A stretch of DNA of 63,668 nt, counting the filler, from Octopus bimaculoides (lineage: Eukaryota), in NCBI RefSeq assembly GCF_001194135.2. It is 8 parts of 7 records of this genome, joined end to end, with 100 filler letters (N's around TTAATTAATTAA, not from the genome) between each part and the next. Parts side by side here need not be neighbours in the genome. Positions count along the whole stretch, not along the records: positions 29,561 to 39,558 come from NC_068981.1; positions 39,659 to 46,306 come from NC_068989.1; positions 46,407 to 53,404 come from NC_068986.1; 5 more parts are not named here. One strand, written 5' to 3'. The notes below the pieces were generated by a model that had not been told where the DNA came from, searched no databases, and was given only the letters and a program-made list of their open reading frames with translations. Shown in pieces: positions 37,999-49,388 of the stretch; position 1 is the first letter of the stretch, and every line of letters starts with the position of its first letter. The translations under genes and the position numbers were made by a program.

Positions 37999-38882
37999 GT
38001 AAACATATATACATATATATATATGCTTGTCTATACATATGTAAATACATATACTTATGTATATACAAATGTAAATATATATACTTATATANNNNNNNNN
38101 NNNNNNNNNNNNNNNNNNNNNNNNNNNNNNNNNNNNNNNNNNNNNNNNNNNNNNNNNNNNNNNNNNNNNNNNNNNNNNNNNNNNNNNNNNNNNNNNNNNN
38201 NNNNNNNNNNNNNNNNNNNNNNNNNNNNNNNNNNNNNNNNNNNNNNNNNNNNNNNNNNNNNNNNNNNNNNNNNNNNNNNNNNNNNNNNNNNNNNNNNNNN
38301 NNNNNNNNNNNNNNNNNNNNNNNNNNNNNNNNNNNNNNNNNNNNNNNNNNNNNNNNNNNNNNNNNNNNNNNNNNNNNNNNNNNNNNNNNNNNNNNNNNNN
38401 NNNNNNNNNNNNNNNNNNNNNNNNNNNNNNNNNNNNNNNNNNNNNNNNNNNNNNNNNNNNNNNNNNNNNNNNNNNNNNNNNNNNNNNNNNNNNNNNNNNN
38501 NNNNNNNNNNNNNNNNNNNNNNNNNNNNNNNNNNNNNNNNNNNNNNNNNNNNNNNNNNNNNNNNNNNNNNNNNNNNNNNNNNNNNNNNNNNNNNNNNNNN
38601 NNNNNNNNNNNNNNNNNNNNNNNNNNNNNNNNNNNNNNNNNNNNNNNNNNNNNNNNNNNNNNNNNNNNNNNNNNNNNNNNNNNNNNNNNNNNNNNNNNNN
38701 NNNNNNNNNNNNNNNNNNNNNNNNNNNNNNNNNNNNNNNNNNNNNNNNNNNNNNNNNNNNNNNNNNNNNNNNNNNNNNNNNNNNNNNNNNNNNNNNNNNN
38801 NNNNNNNNNNNNNNNNNNNNNNNNNNNNNNNNNNNNNNNNNNNNNNNNNNNNNNNNNNNNNNNNNNNNNNNNNNNNNNNNNN

Positions 38883-38916
<34 letters not shown>

Positions 38917-39068
38917 TTTATACAAACATACATATATGTATATGTGTGTGTATATATATATATATGTATATATATGATATATATATAATTATACATGCAT
39001 GGTGGTTGTGATGTATAACATATATATGCATATAAACACACAATATATATATAGATATATATACATAT

Positions 39069-39535
39069 AGGTGCAGGAGTGGGTGTGTGGTAAGTAGCTT
39101 GCTTACCAACCACATGGTCCCAGGTTTGCTCCCACTGTGTGGTACCTTGGACAAGTGCCCTCTACTATAGCCTTGGGCCAACTAAAGCCTTGTGAGTTGA
39201 TTTTGTAGATGGAAACTGAAAGAAGCCTGTCAAATATATGTATGTGAATATATGTTTGTGTGTCTGTGTTTGTCCACGGCAAAAGAGGCCGATAGAATAA
39301 GTACTAGGCTTACAAAAATAATTTCAGGGTTCGATTTGCTTGACTAAAGGCAGTGCCCCAGCATGGCCGCAGTCAAATATAGGAGTGACTGTGTGGTAAA
39401 ACGCTTGCTTCCCAACAACGTGGTTCCGGATTCAGTTCTGCTGCGTGGCACCAATTGTTGTCTACTGTAGCCTCGGGCCGACCAAAGCTATGCAAGCGGA
39501 TTTGGTAGACAGAAACTGAAAGAAGCCCTTCATAT
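39069..39535 (+). mobile_element. Two tandem SINE family A copies
   Basis: Heads at 39069 and 39379; the first has an internal deletion and retains its 3' half. Confidence 0.8.
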
Positions 39536-39558
39536 ATATATATATATATATATATATA

Positions 39559-39658
39559 NNNNNNNNNNNNNNNNNNNNNNNNNNNNNNNNNNNNNNNNNN
39601 NNTTAATTAATTAANNNNNNNNNNNNNNNNNNNNNNNNNNNNNNNNNNNNNNNNNNNN
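39559..39658. other. Artificial scaffold spacer
   Basis: N44-TTAATTAATTAA-N44. Confidence 0.95.
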
Positions 39659-40199
39659 TATATATATCTTCACGAGTAAATCTATGTATATATGCATAAA
39701 TGCATGTATGTGTGTATGTCCGTACGGCTGTTGTTTTAACATTAAGTGGAAGGACCTTTTCTCTCTACATTGAAACCTTATGTATTCCATTAACACAGAG
39801 GCCCAGCGCCCCTCCCAGAGAAGTCACACCTTTCAGTCGAGCAGTGGCGGGAAGGATGAGGGAGGGCTGCGTCTGTATCAACCAGCCCTTTGTTGTTGTT
39901 GCTGTGGTTGCTATTGTTGAGATTATTGTTGCCATTGCGAGGATGTTTGTTTGCTTTAATCCGCACAATGACACTTTGACATTCAAACACAGCATCTTTT
40001 CTTCCTCCTCTTTTCTTTAGGCAGAAAAAAACCCCCGCGTGGATGTAGGTAGGGCTCTAAGTGGTTGTTCACCCAGCTAGAAATAGGAGCTAAATCATTG
40101 TCAAATCGGTGATGAAATATGAAGGATACATACCCAAAATTTTATCTCGTGACAGTCATTTATGGAACGCCTTTATCGGCTTTGTAAGCCAAAGACATC

Positions 40200-40745
40200 T
40201 TTGTACGATCTAGTAGACCTATGATTAGAATTGTTCCAACCGTGACGATCCAATCTTTTATTCAGACATAGTGTATCTAGGACTACATTATCTGATGTAC
40301 AGTATAGTAGCTAGTATTAGTGGCTACAATTGTTATTTAGCCCCAGGTCAGCTTTGATCCAGACCTATGATCAAAGATGTTCCATTTGTGACCACCCTAT
40401 TATATACTCAGGCTAAGTCTATCTAGGACTACATTATCTAATGTATAGTATAGAAGTTAGCGTTAGTGGCTATATTTGTCAATGTCAGACCTGATCAAAA
40501 ATGTCTATGATCAAAGACGTTCCATCTGTGACCATCCCATCTTTTATTCAGACATAGTGTATCTAGGACTACATTATCTATTGTACAGTATAGTAATATT
40601 TTAGGCTATAGATTTTGTTGTTGTTTAGGTCCAGGTCATTCCTGACCCAGCAGGTTTATGGTCAATGACTTTCCAGATGTGACCATCGCATCTTTTAATT
40701 AGAGATGGTGTATCTAGGACTACACTATTTAATGTATAGTAATTA
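40200..40745 (+). repeat. Four diverged tandem units of about 140-151 bp
   Basis: Anchor TATCTAGGACTACA at 40274, 40420, 40560 and 40711, each preceded by CTATGATCAAAG..TTCCA..TGTGACCA-like blocks. Confidence 0.8.
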
Positions 40746-40789
40746 CTATTAGTGGATATAGTTGATGTTGTTGTATATATATATATATA

Positions 40790-40981
40790 TACTCTTTTAC
40801 TCTTTTACTTGTTTTAGTCATTTGACTGCGGCCATGCTGGAGCACCGCTTTAGTCGAGCACATCGACCCCAGGACTTATTCTTCGTAAGCCTAGTACTTA
40901 TTCTATCGGTCTGTTTTGCCGAACCGCTAAGTTACGGGACGTAAACACACCAGCATCGGTTGTCAAACGATGTTCGGGGGA

Positions 40982-41014
<33 letters not shown>

Positions 41015-41405
41015 CTCCCCCCGATATATATATATGTGTGTGTGTGTGTGTGTATGTATATATNNNNNNNNNNNNNNNNNNNNNNNNNNNNNNNNNNNNN
41101 NNNNNNNNNNNNNNNNNNNNNNNNNNNNNNNNNNNNNNNNNNNNNNNNNNNNNNNNNNNNNNTAGATAGATGATAGATAGATAGATAGATATGCACATGT
41201 ATACATACATACATTATATATATATGTACACGTGCACACACACACACACATACATATATACAATGGCTTCTTTCAGTTTCCATCTACCAAATCCACTCAC
41301 GAGGTTCTGGTCGGTCGGAGGCTATACTAGAAGCCACTTACCTAAAGTGCCAAGATGTTGGACTGAACCTGGAACCATGTGGTTGGGAAGCAGGCTTCTT
41401 ACCGC
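40790..41405 (-). mobile_element. SINE family A, full length with a gapped internal microsatellite
   Basis: 3' half at 40790-41010 and 5' half at 41264-41405, same strand. Confidence 0.8.
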
Positions 41406-41860
41406 AAAGACACGCCAGCGCCTATTCATCATCTTTGACGATCAGTATTCCTGTTGCTTGACTTACAGAAATACCTATCCATTAAACTAGCGTATAAATG
41501 GCCGAGTATTCCATAAGCATGAGTATTGTTAATTGTAATAATTAGTATCAGAGTGACACTGTGTTACAAGGGTGGATATTTGAATGACGGGTATTTTTCA
41601 CCCGATGGGTGTCTACGCAATCACGGTCACCAAGGATTGGGTGTATCTGTTGAAATGGCCTGTACCGAGGGGTGTATATGTGTGTGTGTATTTGTGAGTA
41701 TACTGACACACGCACGCACGCATGCACACACACATTTAGATGTATATATGCACTCGAATAAGATTTTTTGTATATGCAAATGAGTACATATTTTTATAAG
41801 CATCTATGAAGTTATGTATTTATACAACTATATATGTATATGTATATATATATCCATTTC

Positions 41861-41917
<57 letters not shown>

Positions 41918-42560
41918 GTGTATGTATATATGTATGTGTGTATTCAACCTTCTACATATATATANNNNNNNNNNNNNNNNNNNNNNNNNNNNNNNNNNNN
42001 NNNNNNNNNNNNNNNNNNNNNNNNNNNNNNNNNNNNNNNNNNNNNNNNNNNNNNNNNNNNNNNNNNNNNNNNNNNNNNNNNNNNNNNNNNNNNNNNNNNN
42101 NNNNNNNNNNNNNNNNNNNNNNNNNNNNNNNNNNNNNNNNNNNNNNNNNNNNNNNNNNNNNNNNNNNNNNNNNNNNNNNNNNNNNNNNNNNNNNNNNNNN
42201 NNNNNNNNNNNNNNNNNNNNNNNNNNNNNNNNNNNNNNNNNNNNNNNNNNNNNNNNNNNNNNNNNNNNNNNNNNNNNNNNNNNNNNNNNNNNNNNNNNNN
42301 NNNNNNNNNNNNNNNNNNNNNNNNNNNNNNNNNNNNNNNNNNNNNNNNNNNNNNNNNNNNNNNNNNNNNNNNNNNNNNNNNNNNNNNNNNNNNNNNNNNN
42401 NNNNNNNNNNNNNNNNNNNNNNNNNNNNNTTAAATAACGTCATTGCCAAGTCCTTTTGTCTACAACGTATGACATTTAAAGGTTTGTTATAACAATATTT
42501 CTATGTATTTGTGTCGTATACTCATTGCTAATACTGTAAAAACAACACGCACACACACAG

Positions 42561-42598
<38 letters not shown>

Positions 42599-42959
42599 GT
42601 GTATGTATGTATAATTTTATACATAAATGCCTGTATACATACAAAAATTTGTACATATTTGCATACGGAGATACAAAAAAATCTTACGCGATTACATATG
42701 GGTGTATACATACAAACGTACATACATACAAACGTACATACATACATACATTCATATGTGCACACACACACACACACGCACACTCACACACACACATGAA
42801 TGGGTGTGTGGGGATAACTGCATACACATAAGAATGTGACTAGAGGCACATAATTGCATATGTACATACGTACAAGCACATACATATATAAATAAATGCA
42901 CCCTCGTATACATACCAATATATATATATATAAATACATATGTTATATATATGTATATA

Positions 42960-43014
<55 letters not shown>

Positions 43015-43875
43015 GTATTTATATATATATTATATATATTCAGTAACATATACGTACTCAGACATAGACAGTCACATAAATGTGAGTGTATTTATGTATG
43101 AATGTATGCATGTATATGCCTATTGCTTATATATGTGTATTTGTGTGTGTGTGTGTGTGTATGTATGTGTACCTGTATATACATATGCATGTACATTTAT
43201 GCACGTTTACGCCTAAGCACACACATGCAAGCACACACCAGCACACGTTTATTTTATACATTGTATCTCTCTTGGAGCTGAAATTCCAAACAATATTTCT
43301 CTTCGTTCCTCGCTTCCACACTTTAAAAGATTACGAAAACTAGAACGTAAGAAAACTATTTAAAGACATACAGTGGTGCTATTTTAATAATTAGACGACT
43401 TTAGAGTTTACAAGTTTGACCATAGATCTCCTATATTACCATAATACTAGTCGTTTAACCATATACAGCAGATTCATCCGATAGATAGATATATGTTTTA
43501 TATTTTAATATGTTTATATTCTTTTCTTATTTTTTCTTTTGCTGTTCTATAGGATTTTCTTTAGTTTTAGTTGCTTCACTTATCTTATTTATATATTTGT
43601 TTTATTAGTTTTATTTAGCTCGTTTACTTGCCCCTGCTGGCCATTGTTTTATTTTTATATTTGTTAGCCATTAACGAACCAGAACCACGTCGTTGTTTTC
43701 AAATAAGGGCCGACCAATTAGGTTGTAGGACTGATCATGACCTCCACTCCACTACACATAAGGATTTCGAGTTTTGTTGATCGGCAAAAAAGTAACGAAC
43801 TCTAACATCGCACTTTGGCCTTACCTGGTTCCTTTCTCTCATTGATACACCCATGTACCAAATTTCCCAAGACGG

Positions 43876-44460
43876 GTGCATCATAAGTTGCTTATGCCAT
43901 ACCCTCTGCTACTAACTGGCACTTTACACATACACTACCTACTAACTAGCACCTTACACATAAGCGTTCACCTCCGTAACACGGACCATACCATCAAACC
44001 CACTACTGAAGTTCTATGTAGATATAATGTGAACTACTGCCTAAAATTACCCTTCCTGCAAAAACCCCTCCTAAGAACGACTATATTCACCAACCCACCA
44101 CTGGAAGAAATAACATGGATCTTACAATGCATCACGGGAAGTCTGCATCTTATTTCCCCTTGCTATGTCCAAATCATTATACTATGATGTAGTTCACTTG
44201 CATTCTCGCGCTTGTTTTTATTCTTACTCTTATTCTTTTTCTACTCTATTTCAAAAAGACAAACACACTGTAGCTATTATTAACTGTAGCTATTATTAAC
44301 TGACTTTATATGTGCTAGCCCCCACCCAACCACTTAGACACTCTAAATAAGCCTAGAGGTACATTCATTATCCAAGCCTTATCTGTTCATTCCTGCATAA
44401 CACTGAAGAGATGCAGATAACCTGGAAAATTTCGTCGCCTCATAGCAGAAACGGCCGTAA
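43876..44460 (+). mobile_element. Possible decayed Penelope-like 3' region with hammerhead-like motif at 44403-44459
   Basis: CTGAAGA...GAAACGGCCGTA with weak stems I and II; the upstream frame is only loosely PLE-like. Confidence 0.25.
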
Positions 44461-44858
44461 GTAACTAGCACCCGCATACCCATTCGGTTTTAGTGACGAT
44501 CTGCTCATTTGCTCATTTGCTCAATTACTCACTTGTTTCTATATGCTTATATGCTTCCACACCCTTTTTTATGCAATTTCCAAATTTTTCTACTTCATAA
44601 TCTGTACCACTAATACATGCGTGTGGATTCATCTAATACGTTTGAATAAATAGACATATCCTCTCCACTTTCTTATTTGCCGTATAAATCAAGGATAAAC
44701 CACTCTTTACCCCCGCCCATATATGATACTCAATTGCAGGATTGCCATGCAATAACCAACACTTGGGTATGAATAATTGGGTACACTAATACCAGCAGTA
44801 CATTGGATAGGTACTATCCCTTGGCTGGTTTCTCAACCTCTAACTCACACAGAAATAT

Positions 44859-44921
<63 letters not shown>

Positions 44922-45084
44922 CACATACACATACATATACACACTCACACGTACACACACACACACACACAGGTGTATGTGTGTCTTTCATTGTCCCTCA
45001 TTACTGATTGAGAACCAGAGTTTGTGCGTTTACGTCCCTGTAATATAGCGGTTCAGCAAAAGTAACCGATAGAATAAGTGCCAC

Positions 45085-45510
45085 CAGGGCCAGATTAAGA
45101 CCCATCGTGGCCCAAAGCACTTAAAAGATTTTGGTGCCCCCATAAAAGATTATGTAATTTAAAATATGAACAATAACAAACCATAAAATAAATGTTTATT
45201 TTTCAAAACGAAACAAAACAGTAAGAGGGAAAATTATGTTTATTTTCGTATGTTTCCACTTTATTTATATTCGAAAAGTTTCCTCCTACTTTTTTGAATT
45301 GCAAAGTCTTTGATCAGATCCTCAAAATTAATCTTAGGTAACACATCTGCATCTATACTTAGTTGAGATAAAGGCACCCCGAATATCATTTTAGCAAGTT
45401 TAAAGTGATTTCTTTTGTGCCGTAAACCATTTACCATTTCTTTGGTGCCCCCTCCTTCTCTTGATACGCTAAACACGTATTTAATTTGCTTAATGGTTTA
45501 TCTAGTGCTA
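45085..45510 (-). mobile_element. Internally deleted hAT (Tip100-like) transposon inserted in a SINE A
   Basis: TIR CAGGGCCAGATTAA with a degenerate partner at 45497-45510; TSD AGTGCCAC/AGTACCAT; minus frame LSQLSIDADVLPKINFEDLIKDFAIQKSRRK resembles the hAT transposase C-terminus. Confidence 0.8.
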
Positions 45511-46240
45511 AGTACCATGCTTAGAAAGAAAAAATAAGGTACTGGGGTTGATATATTCGACTATAATTTCTTCTAGGTGACTAGAAATTCTACACTCGCC
45601 CCAGCCTGGCCGCAGTGTAACAAGTAAAAGGTAAAAGATACTTAAATCTATTTCATTATAACGAAACAAATATTCGTTAGCAAACTTCCTCTCGTTCTCT
45701 TCTCATTTCAGGTTCGATATCCACACTTCCCTCCGTTTAGTTCTTGAAATTGTCTTAGACCACGGGGAATAGCTTCCAAAACCTCGATTTTCTTACTGTC
45801 GTCTTTGTTTATGTTCTGTTGTTTTTTTTTGCCATACGGCAATTCATACGCATACTTACAAATATACAAATGCACCCGTATACACACAAACGCCTAGTAA
45901 AACACATACACACTCAAGCATAAATACAATTACACTCACAGACACACAAATACACACATTCGTATATATACATGTTAGTATGTGTATGCGTACGCACACA
46001 AGCACAATCACGTACATGCAAACACACATGCGCATGCACACATACGTATATATACACACATATAAACATACAAACGTGCAGATAAACATACATACATACA
46101 TACATCAGTCGATTAATATGTATGTTTGTATGTGTGTGTGCGTGTGTGTATCTATAATATATCTTCGTGGTCTGTCTCTTATGTTTCTCTGCTTTCCCTG
46201 GCGTCTCTCCTTTTCTGTCTGTCTATCTGTTCGTCTGCTT

Positions 46241-46306
<66 letters not shown>

Positions 46307-46406
46307 NNNNNNNNNNNNNNNNNNNNNNNNNNNNNNNNNNNNNNNNNNNNTTAATTAATTAANNNNNNNNNNNNNNNNNNNNNNNNNNNNNNNNNNNNNN
46401 NNNNNN
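46307..46406. other. Artificial scaffold spacer
   Basis: N44-TTAATTAATTAA-N44. Confidence 0.95.
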
Positions 46407-46447
46407 GCTCGGTAGTGAAGTGAAAGCACGTTATAAAAATAAAACTA

Positions 46448-46484
<37 letters not shown>
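46407..46484 (+). mobile_element. 3' tip of an R4/Dong-like LINE plus (AAT)n
   Basis: Identical to 47284-47327, followed by (AAT)11. Confidence 0.8.
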
Positions 46485-46486
<2 letters not shown>

Positions 46487-46837
46487 GCAGTAAATGCCCG
46501 GATGCAGTACCAGGCAGTGGCTCTCATGGCTTCTGATCTTAATTGATTGGAAGTATTATCATGTGCATTGTTTTGTCTTGGTATAAAAAGATGGGCTACA
46601 GCAAATATTCTGCTTAATACCACAGATTTGCTTGTCAGTTGTTTGATCTTAACCAGTTGAGCGTGACACTTGTTGGCTGACGAGATGTGCATCTCTGATC
46701 ATGAGCAGAAGTAGTCGGGGAGCATCATAGCCATGTGTTGAGAGGAATTCTTTGGGGTTTGAATAATTCACCTTTGGAAACATGGGTGTTTTGCTAAACA
46801 TCCTTAAACAAACCTTAATTCAGGGACCTTTTGAGCG
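46485..46837 (+). mobile_element. (AAT)n-flanked non-coding element, copy 1 (cut by a gap)
   Basis: Aligns to 47568-47900. Confidence 0.75.
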
Positions 46838-47034
46838 NNNNNNNNNNNNNNNNNNNNNNNNNNNNNNNNNNNNNNNNNNNNNNNNNNNNNNNNNNNNNNN
46901 NNNNNNNNNNNNNNNNNNNNNNNNNNNNNNNNNNNNNNNNNNNNNNNNNNNNNNNNNNNNNNNNNNNNNNNNNNNNNNNNNNNNNNNNNNNNNNNNNNNN
47001 NNNNNNNNNNNNNNNNNNNNNNNNNNNNNNNNNN

Positions 47035-47351
47035 GGAAATAGAGATAACTCGAATGTGGAATCTAAAAACAGAAACAATTCCTATCATAGTAGGTGCCTT
47101 AGGTATAATAAAAAAATATTCAGACAAATACATAACAAAAACACCAGGACTTACAAATATATATAACATACAGAAAATTGCACTACTGGGTACTGCACAC
47201 ATTCTACGCAAAACACTTTCAATACAGTAAACATAAGAGCACCACAGCAAACCACAGCACATACCCAAGGCGCACAGAGCTGCGCTCGGTAGTGAAGTGA
47301 AAGCACGTTATAAAAATAAAACTACTGAATAATAATAATAATAATAATAAT
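47035..47351 (+). mobile_element. R4/Dong-clade (RLE) non-LTR retrotransposon 3' end with (AAT)n
   Basis: 47036-47230: EIEITRMWNLKTETIPIIVGALG..IQKIALLGTAHILRKTLSIQ*, typical of the RLE C-terminus; 3' UTR, then (AAT)n. Confidence 0.8.
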
Positions 47352-47543
47352 CCTTTTTTCTATAGGTACAAGGCCTGAAATTTTGGGGGAGAGAACTAGT
47401 CGATTACATCTACCCCAGTGTTTCATTGGCACTTAATTTATCGACCCCGAAAAGATGAATGGCAAGGTCGACCTCGGCGGAATTTGAACCCAGACCGTAA
47501 CATTTCGTCCAGCGTGCTAACGATTCTGCAAGCTCGCCGCCTT
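47352..47543 (-). mobile_element. SINE family B
   Basis: AAGGTCGACCTCGGCGGAATTTGAACCC...GCTCGCCGCCTTAA. Confidence 0.85.
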
Positions 47544-47567
47544 AACAATAATTATAATAATATTAAT

Positions 47568-48116
47568 ACCGGCCCTGGTGCAATACCAGACACTGGTTCT
47601 CATGATTTCTGATCTTAACTGATTGGACGTGTTATGATATATATGTTTTGTATTGGTGTAAAAGATGGGCTACAGCAAATATTCTGCTCAATACCGCAGA
47701 TTTGCTTGTCAGTTGCTTGACCTTAAACCACTTGAGCATGTCCGTTGGTGGCTGATGATATGTGCATCACTAATCACGAGCAGAGGTAGTGGTGGTGGTG
47801 GGGTATCATCGCCATGTGTCGAGTTGAATAATCCACCTCTGGAAACATAGGTGTTTCATTCAACATCCTTAAGCAATCCTTATCCAGGGACCTTTTGAGC
47901 AGGATGGTCTACGCAACCTCAAGAAAATTCTAACTGAGCCCTACCTGTAAGGTCATGCGCTGCTTATTTTGATATGAGATCATCCTGTCATGCACATATG
48001 GTTGTGTTGCATTTGCCTGGTATATCCTTATCAGACGGGTAGTCATGATGTGTATATTGGGCTTCGTATATTTGTATACCAGTATCACTTTGATGGCATG
48101 TGCTTCTCTCTCACTC
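47568..48116 (+). mobile_element. (AAT)n-flanked non-coding element of about 550 bp, copy 2
   Basis: Homologous to 46485-46837; ends CTCTCTCACTC followed by AAT/GAT repeats. Confidence 0.75.
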
Positions 48117-48179
48117 AATGATGATAATAATAATAATAGTGATGATGATGATGATGATGATGACAGGTATGTTGGGCTT

Positions 48180-48395
48180 AAAAGATTTAAAATTTTGGCA
48201 CAACACCAACAATTTCGGGGGAGCAGTTAAGTCGAGTACATCAACGCCAGTGTTCAAATGGTACTTCTTTCATCGATTCCCAAAAGAATGAAAGGTAAAA
48301 TCAACCTTAGCGGAATTTGAACTCAGAACGTAAAGGCATAAGAAATATTGTTAAGCATTTAGCACGGCTTGCTAACGATCTTTCCAGCTTGCCGT
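48180..48395 (-). mobile_element. SINE family B
   Basis: GCGGAATTTGAACTCAGAACGTAAAG...CCAGCTTGCCG. Confidence 0.8.
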
Positions 48396-49102
48396 ATACG
48401 AAGTATTTTATTAAAACTCAATCTTTGGTGAGCTTTTAATCTCAAATTGTCTCCATTCAGTTTGTTGGCTTGCATTAAGATTCGTTAGCCTCCATTTCAT
48501 TTGGGGAACAGATGGGTTTCTCTGGATAGAAAACTTCTTTTCCTGAATGACGGGCTCCTACGAGATAGATTCATCCCCTCAACGGTGAGCGCCTTTTTGT
48601 TAACTTCCCTCGTACTTTTTTGTTGCCTTTTGTTTTTTATTTCGTTAAAAGGAAGATATCCTTATTATTTTTTACCCTGAAATCTGACAACCCATTTCAG
48701 CCTATGTCGGTCAATGCGCTTAAGTGTATTCACCAATACTGCAGTGAAGTGGGACTTGCCGGAGGTAGTGCCATCTTAAAGTATGGACACACTAGGCAGT
48801 TGCCTAGGGACCTTTAGCTTCTCGGAGCCTCAAGAGTCTAGTAGCCCACTTCTCATCTATATATATGCTGTAGCTTGCTGTATCAGTAAGTAAATACTTC
48901 TGGGCCCAATATATTGATTTGTCCGGGAGCCTATGATGCTTCTAAAACAGTCTTGCCCAGTAAGTCTATCTTATGGACAAAATGCTTCTAGGTGTTTATC
49001 CTTCATAGTTCATGTTGAAAAGAACACTTGTAAACAAGGGAGTTTGGTAAGTATTCGTCGCACTTTCATTTGACCAAGCGCCAGTTTATATGCTGTTGCT
49101 AT

Positions 49103-49388
49103 GGTTGTTGTTGGTTGTAAAGAGTAAAGACCCCTTTCGGACCATAGGATTGCACCTAGAAAGTTATCGAGGCACAAGTCCGGGCAAGGTCGTTTATGGA
49201 AGACCAGCAGTCCCCCATGCATATCAGCCTCCCCTCTCCACGCCACCGATGTTATCCAAAGAAAAGGCAAAGGCTGATATAGCTTAATACCAGTGACATC
49301 ACAACATGAAATAAAATATTCTACTCAAGAATACAGCACAGAGCCCGGTCCAGGAATCGATCTCACTACCTCATGATTGTGAGCCCAA
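49103..49388 (-). mobile_element. tRNA-headed SINE family G
   Basis: Minus strand ...CTCACAATCATGAGGTAGTGAGATCGATTCC (B-box), body, (CAA)-type tail. Confidence 0.7.
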
